Shown here one piece after another: positions 60,295-64,000 of a stretch of DNA of 64,000 nucleotides. The notes beneath the pieces are model-generated. The model was given only the letters and a program-made list of their open reading frames with translations. It did not search any database and was not told the DNA's origin. Each line of letters begins with the position of its first letter. Position 1 is the stretch's first letter. The stretch is from Actinomycetes bacterium (lineage in GTDB: Bacteria; Actinomycetota; Actinomycetes; Propionibacteriales; Propionibacteriaceae): contig JAEXAS010000004.1 in NCBI GenBank assembly GCA_023458095.1, positions 55,639-119,638 on the forward strand, in the 5' to 3' direction. Both the position numbers and the translations under genes were made by a program.

Positions 60295-60972
60295 ATGTCG
60301 CGACTCAACGTGTTCGGGCCCCCGACCGAATGGCCGGAGCAAGACCTGATCGCGTTCTCCTCGATGATGGATCCCGCGCTGGTGCTGGACGCCTACCGCA
60401 GCGGAGTCTTTCCGATGCCGTTGGAGCACTCCGGATTCGAGCGCACCGGATGGTGGTCTCCGGTTCGCCGGGGCGTGCTGCCCTTGGCTTCGTTGGTCGT
60501 CAGCCGGTCGTTGCGCAAGTCGGCCAAACACTTCACCACCACCGTCGACACGGCCTTCGACGAAGTGGTCGAGCGCTGCGGCGACCCCGACCGTCCCTAT
60601 GGCTGGATCGATGCGTCCATCCGCGAGGTCTACGGCCATCTGCACCGCACCGGCTTCGCGCACTCGGTGGAGACCCGTGACCCCTCCGGACGCCTGGTCG
60701 GCGGACTCTACGGCCTGTCGCTGGGCGGCCTGTTCGCCGGAGAGTCGATGTTTCACGATGAACACCACGGACGAGACGCCTCCAAGGTCGCCCTGATGCG
60801 GCTGGTCGAACTACTCAGCGACGACTACGCCGAAGCCCGCCTGATCGACACGCAATGGCTGACGCCGCACCTGGCCAGCCTGGGGGTGCTGGAGATCGAC
60901 CGCAGCGAATACCTGGACCTACTCGACGAACTGCTCGCCGTCCCAGAACCACCCTGGCCCAGCCATGCCTGA
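60295..60972 (+). CDS. aat: Leucyl/phenylalanyl-tRNA--protein transferase
   Basis: AYRSGVFPM, WWSP, AHSVET, LVGGLYG, FAGESMF, DASKVAL. Confidence 0.93.
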   Translation: MSRLNVFGPPTEWPEQDLIAFSSMMDPALVLDAYRSGVFPMPLEHSGFERTGWWSPVRRGVLPLASLVVSRSLRKSAKHFTTTVDTAFDEVVERCGDPDRPYGWIDASIREVYGHLHRTGFAHSVETRDPSGRLVGGLYGLSLGGLFAGESMFHDEHHGRDASKVALMRLVELLSDDYAEARLIDTQWLTPHLASLGVLEIDRSEYLDLLDELLAVPEPPWPSHA

Positions 60973-61828
60973 GTTGCCCGAGGTCGAGGCGCTTCGGCTG
61001 TTCTTGACCGAGACCGCTGTCGGCAGGGTCGTCGCGCGGGTGGACCTGGCGTCCTTCACCTGCCTGAAGACCGTCGATCCGCCGATTTCAGCCTTGGCTG
61101 GCCTGGAGGTTGAACAGGTCGCGCGTCGCGGGAAGTTCCTGGGTCTCGATATCGGCGGGCTGTGGCTGGCCTTCCACTTGGCTCGCGCGGGGTGGCTCAC
61201 TTGGCGCGACACCATTCCCGAACGTACGGTGCGGCCTGGAAAGGGCCCCTTGGCCCTGCGCGTCATTTTCGCCGATGGCGCCGGATTCGACCTCACCGAA
61301 GCGGGCACCCAGAAGCGTCTGGCGGTTTCCGTGGTCGACGACCTCGCCCAGGTCCCCGGAATCGCGAGCCTCGGCCCCGACCCCTTAAGCGCGGAGTTCA
61401 ATCGAAACCGACTCGACGCGATCCTGGACGGCGCCGGACGCGCCCAGCTCAAAGGCGTCCTGCGAGATCAACGAGTGGTGGCCGGCATCGGCAATGCCTA
61501 CTCCGATGAGATCCTGCATGCGGCCCAACTGAGCCCGTACGCCGCCTGTGCGGGGCTCGACGACGCGAAGCGCCAAGCCTTGTTCGACGCGATCCGCACC
61601 GAGTTGTCGCAGGCGGTTCACCGGGCGTCCGGACTGGCGACCACCGAACTCAAGGACGCCAAACGCGCCGGGCTGCGGGTTCACGGACGAGCCGGTCAGC
61701 CCTGCCCGGTCTGCGGCACCACCATCGCCGAGGTGAGCTTCGCTGATTCCTCCTTGCAGTACTGCCCGGGCTGTCAGACCGGCGGCAAGCTGCTCGCTGA
61801 CCGAAGAATGTCGCGGCTTCTGAAGTGA
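60965..61828 (+). CDS. Fpg/Nei family DNA glycosylase
   Basis: MPELPEV, RRGK, GIGNAYSDEIL, zinc finger CPVC...CPGCQ. Confidence 0.93.
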   Translation: MPELPEVEALRLFLTETAVGRVVARVDLASFTCLKTVDPPISALAGLEVEQVARRGKFLGLDIGGLWLAFHLARAGWLTWRDTIPERTVRPGKGPLALRVIFADGAGFDLTEAGTQKRLAVSVVDDLAQVPGIASLGPDPLSAEFNRNRLDAILDGAGRAQLKGVLRDQRVVAGIGNAYSDEILHAAQLSPYAACAGLDDAKRQALFDAIRTELSQAVHRASGLATTELKDAKRAGLRVHGRAGQPCPVCGTTIAEVSFADSSLQYCPGCQTGGKLLADRRMSRLLK

Positions 61829-61901
61829 ACGCCGTTGCCAAAGATGAGCCGCCAGGGCGGACTGAGTAGGCTCTACCCGAGATTGCGGTGGGGAGGATCG
61901 G

Positions 61902-63509
61902 GTGCGCGTATCGGTGAGGACGGCCTGGCGGTCGTTCGTCGATCGACTGCCGCCGTGGACTTCCAACCATCGTTTGGGCATCTCCCTCATCATCGCCGCG
62001 ACGGTAGTGACGATCGCGATCGCGTTCAGTGGGCCGTCCGCGGTCACCTTGAAGCTTGGCCCACGCAACAATCTGTTGCCGCCGTGGTATCTGCCGGTGA
62101 GTTGGCTGCACCTGGGCGAGTGGGTCGTGGTGCCGGCGCTGTGGCTCATGCTGGCCATCGGCGCAGTGGGCATGTGGATCACCTGGCGTTCCATCAATTT
62201 CGGGTGGCGTCCGCACACCTGGCGGCTCTTCGGCCTGGGCGCGGGGTTGAGCGTCATCTCCTGCCTGATTCCACCCCTGACCTCAGCCGATGTGCTGATG
62301 TACGCCGCCTACGGACGCCTCCAGGTTTTAGGCCTGAACCCCTATGACATCACCCCGGCCGAGGTATTTCGGCAGGCCTACGATCCAGTGCTGATCTGGA
62401 CCGAGCGTCCCTGGCAGGACACCCCCAGCGTGTACGGCCCCGTTGCGTCGTACTCCCAATACCTGGCCTCGGTGCTGGGTGGGGAGAACATGCACAACAC
62501 CGTGTTCTGGCTGCAGATGTTCACCTTGGTGGCCTTCCTGATCACCGGTTTCGTCGCGGTGAAGCTGGCTAAGGACGACCACAAGCTGCAGGTGCGCGCG
62601 GTGCTGTTCACCGTGCTCAATCCGCTGATGATCTGGGGAGTGCTGGTCGGCGCACACAACGAGGCGCTCAGCGTCGTGTTCGCCATCGCTGGCCTGTGGT
62701 TCTACCGCAAACACCCCTTTGTGGCCGGCCTCGGTATCGGCCTGGCCGGCGCAGTGAAAGTGTCGATGGTCTTCTACGGCATCGCCATGGTGTGGGGCTA
62801 CCGGCACGATTGGCGTCGCCTGTTGCAGTTGATCGCCGGGGCGGCCGTCCCACTGGTTTTGGCCTACGGGGTGTGGATGCCCAATGCCTTGCTGGCCGCC
62901 CAGCGCAATACCGGCTATATCTCGTCTGGTGCGTGGGGGGCGTGGGCATTGGGCGGCCTCGACCTCGTGCTTGAGGCCAGCATCGCCCGCAAGATCGTGA
63001 CCACCTTGGGTTGGGTGTTGCTGGTCGTGTTTGCCTGGATGCTGTCGCGGGTACTGCCGTGGCGATTGATGCCCGGCGAGGCCCAGGACCCGCACGCCCA
63101 TCTGGACCCCCTCACGATCACGATTCGCACCGCGGTGGTGCTGTGCACCGCCTGGCTGGTGACCTCGCCGTGGGAGTTCTCCTGGTACGACCTGATCACC
63201 TGGGCGCCCCTCGGGCTGTTGGCAGCATCCCGGCTGGACCTGCTCATGATCTGGCGAGGTGCCTGGTTGTCGATCGCCTGGGTCACCGGACGGGCGCTGC
63301 AGTTCGGCGACCAGATGCATGTCGTCGAAAAGTTCGTGCGAGAACAGCTCAACGTCGGAGCCCAATACTTCGTGCTGGCCGCCATCGTGTGGTGGTGGTG
63401 GACCCGCGGCCACAAACTTCCCGACCGATCGATGCTGCACGCACCCTGGAAGAAGCCACGCCCGCACCCCGCACTCGCCGAGGCGACCCCCACCGTCGCG
63501 CCCCGCTAG
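61902..63509 (+). CDS. Polyprenol-phosphomannose alpha-1,6-mannosyltransferase (MptB-like, GT-C)
   Basis: PPLTSADVLMYAAYGR, TPSVYGP, LNPL, GAHNE; many TM helices. Confidence 0.78.
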   Translation: MRVSVRTAWRSFVDRLPPWTSNHRLGISLIIAATVVTIAIAFSGPSAVTLKLGPRNNLLPPWYLPVSWLHLGEWVVVPALWLMLAIGAVGMWITWRSINFGWRPHTWRLFGLGAGLSVISCLIPPLTSADVLMYAAYGRLQVLGLNPYDITPAEVFRQAYDPVLIWTERPWQDTPSVYGPVASYSQYLASVLGGENMHNTVFWLQMFTLVAFLITGFVAVKLAKDDHKLQVRAVLFTVLNPLMIWGVLVGAHNEALSVVFAIAGLWFYRKHPFVAGLGIGLAGAVKVSMVFYGIAMVWGYRHDWRRLLQLIAGAAVPLVLAYGVWMPNALLAAQRNTGYISSGAWGAWALGGLDLVLEASIARKIVTTLGWVLLVVFAWMLSRVLPWRLMPGEAQDPHAHLDPLTITIRTAVVLCTAWLVTSPWEFSWYDLITWAPLGLLAASRLDLLMIWRGAWLSIAWVTGRALQFGDQMHVVEKFVREQLNVGAQYFVLAAIVWWWWTRGHKLPDRSMLHAPWKKPRPHPALAEATPTVAPR

Positions 63510-63519
63510 GCAACGGTTC

Positions 63520-63931
63520 CCGCTGGCTGAGCTTGTCGAAGCCCCATCCAACCGCTGACTGAGCCTGTCGAAGCCTGTGGGGTGGCGCCCTTCGACAGGC
63601 TCAGGGAGCGGTCGGCGGGTGAGCTCCGGGAGCGGTCGGCGGGTGAGCTCAGGGAGCAGCCCGTTGGCTGAGCTTGTCGAAGCCTGTGGGGTGGTGCCCT
63701 TCGACAGGCTCAGGGCACGGGCTGTGGTGTTTCTGTTGGGTGGTCCCGGGGGTGCTTCGTTGGCTGAGCTTGTCGAAGCCCCCCACCTAACCCGATCAAC
63801 CAGGCCCCATGCGGTTGACATTTGACTCCGCTAAGCACGGGGGTCCGGCACGCTGCTGAGTGCTGTGGGGCTTCGACGAGCTCAGCCAGCGGGGGTTGAG
63901 CAGTGCGGAGGGCTTCGACGAGCTCCGCCAA
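63520..63931. repeat. REP-like cluster 6
   Basis: Several GCTGAGCTTGTCGAAGCC and CCCTTCGACAGGCTCAGGG copies; 24-bp tandem at 63599, 63623 and 63647. Confidence 0.85.
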
Positions 63932-64000
63932 GGGGGCGGTGCGTTGAGTGGGCATGCTCCCCGGGGTGGGGCGCTCCCCATTACCCTTGTCAGGTGCTCG

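Overview
High-GC actinobacterial chromosomal DNA; a Propionibacteriales-like origin is my inference from gene content. In order, the window holds: the 3' end of an amidase; a complete monoderm Tad/Flp pilus locus split into two divergent units around at least 7 copies of a palindromic operator-like motif; USP and rocD; a Nur-type regulator with a Nik/Cbi ECF transporter; gltA; class I fumarase; a compact tRNA-independent aminoacylation cluster (acpS, carrier protein, atypical acyl-CoA dehydrogenase, SerRS-like amino acid:carrier-protein ligase, tandem alpha/beta-hydrolase); ldh; a TetR/MMPL/YhgE-Pip module; two LCP genes around an unannotated 50-aa ORF; a SWIM-finger/large-protein pair; a deletion-scarred two-component/ABC remnant beside tRNA-Ala(TGC); DUF5318, a class A PBP and glycosyltransferases; a 2-oxoacid dehydrogenase operon; an orphan Nif11-like peptide; alr; an LLM oxidoreductase; a rhomboid-like protein; an ABC transporter; aat; fpg/nei; and an MptB-like gene. 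The last 16 kb carry six clusters of a REP/BIME-like repeat (CTTCGACA(A/G)GCTCAG). One is in frame inside the E2 gene. Another forms an ORF overlapping both the E1-alpha stop and the E1-beta start. The best candidates for undescribed biology are the aminoacyl-carrier-protein cluster (19.3-23.7 kb) and the behaviour of this repeat family. All calls come from reading motifs by eye; no database searches were run.
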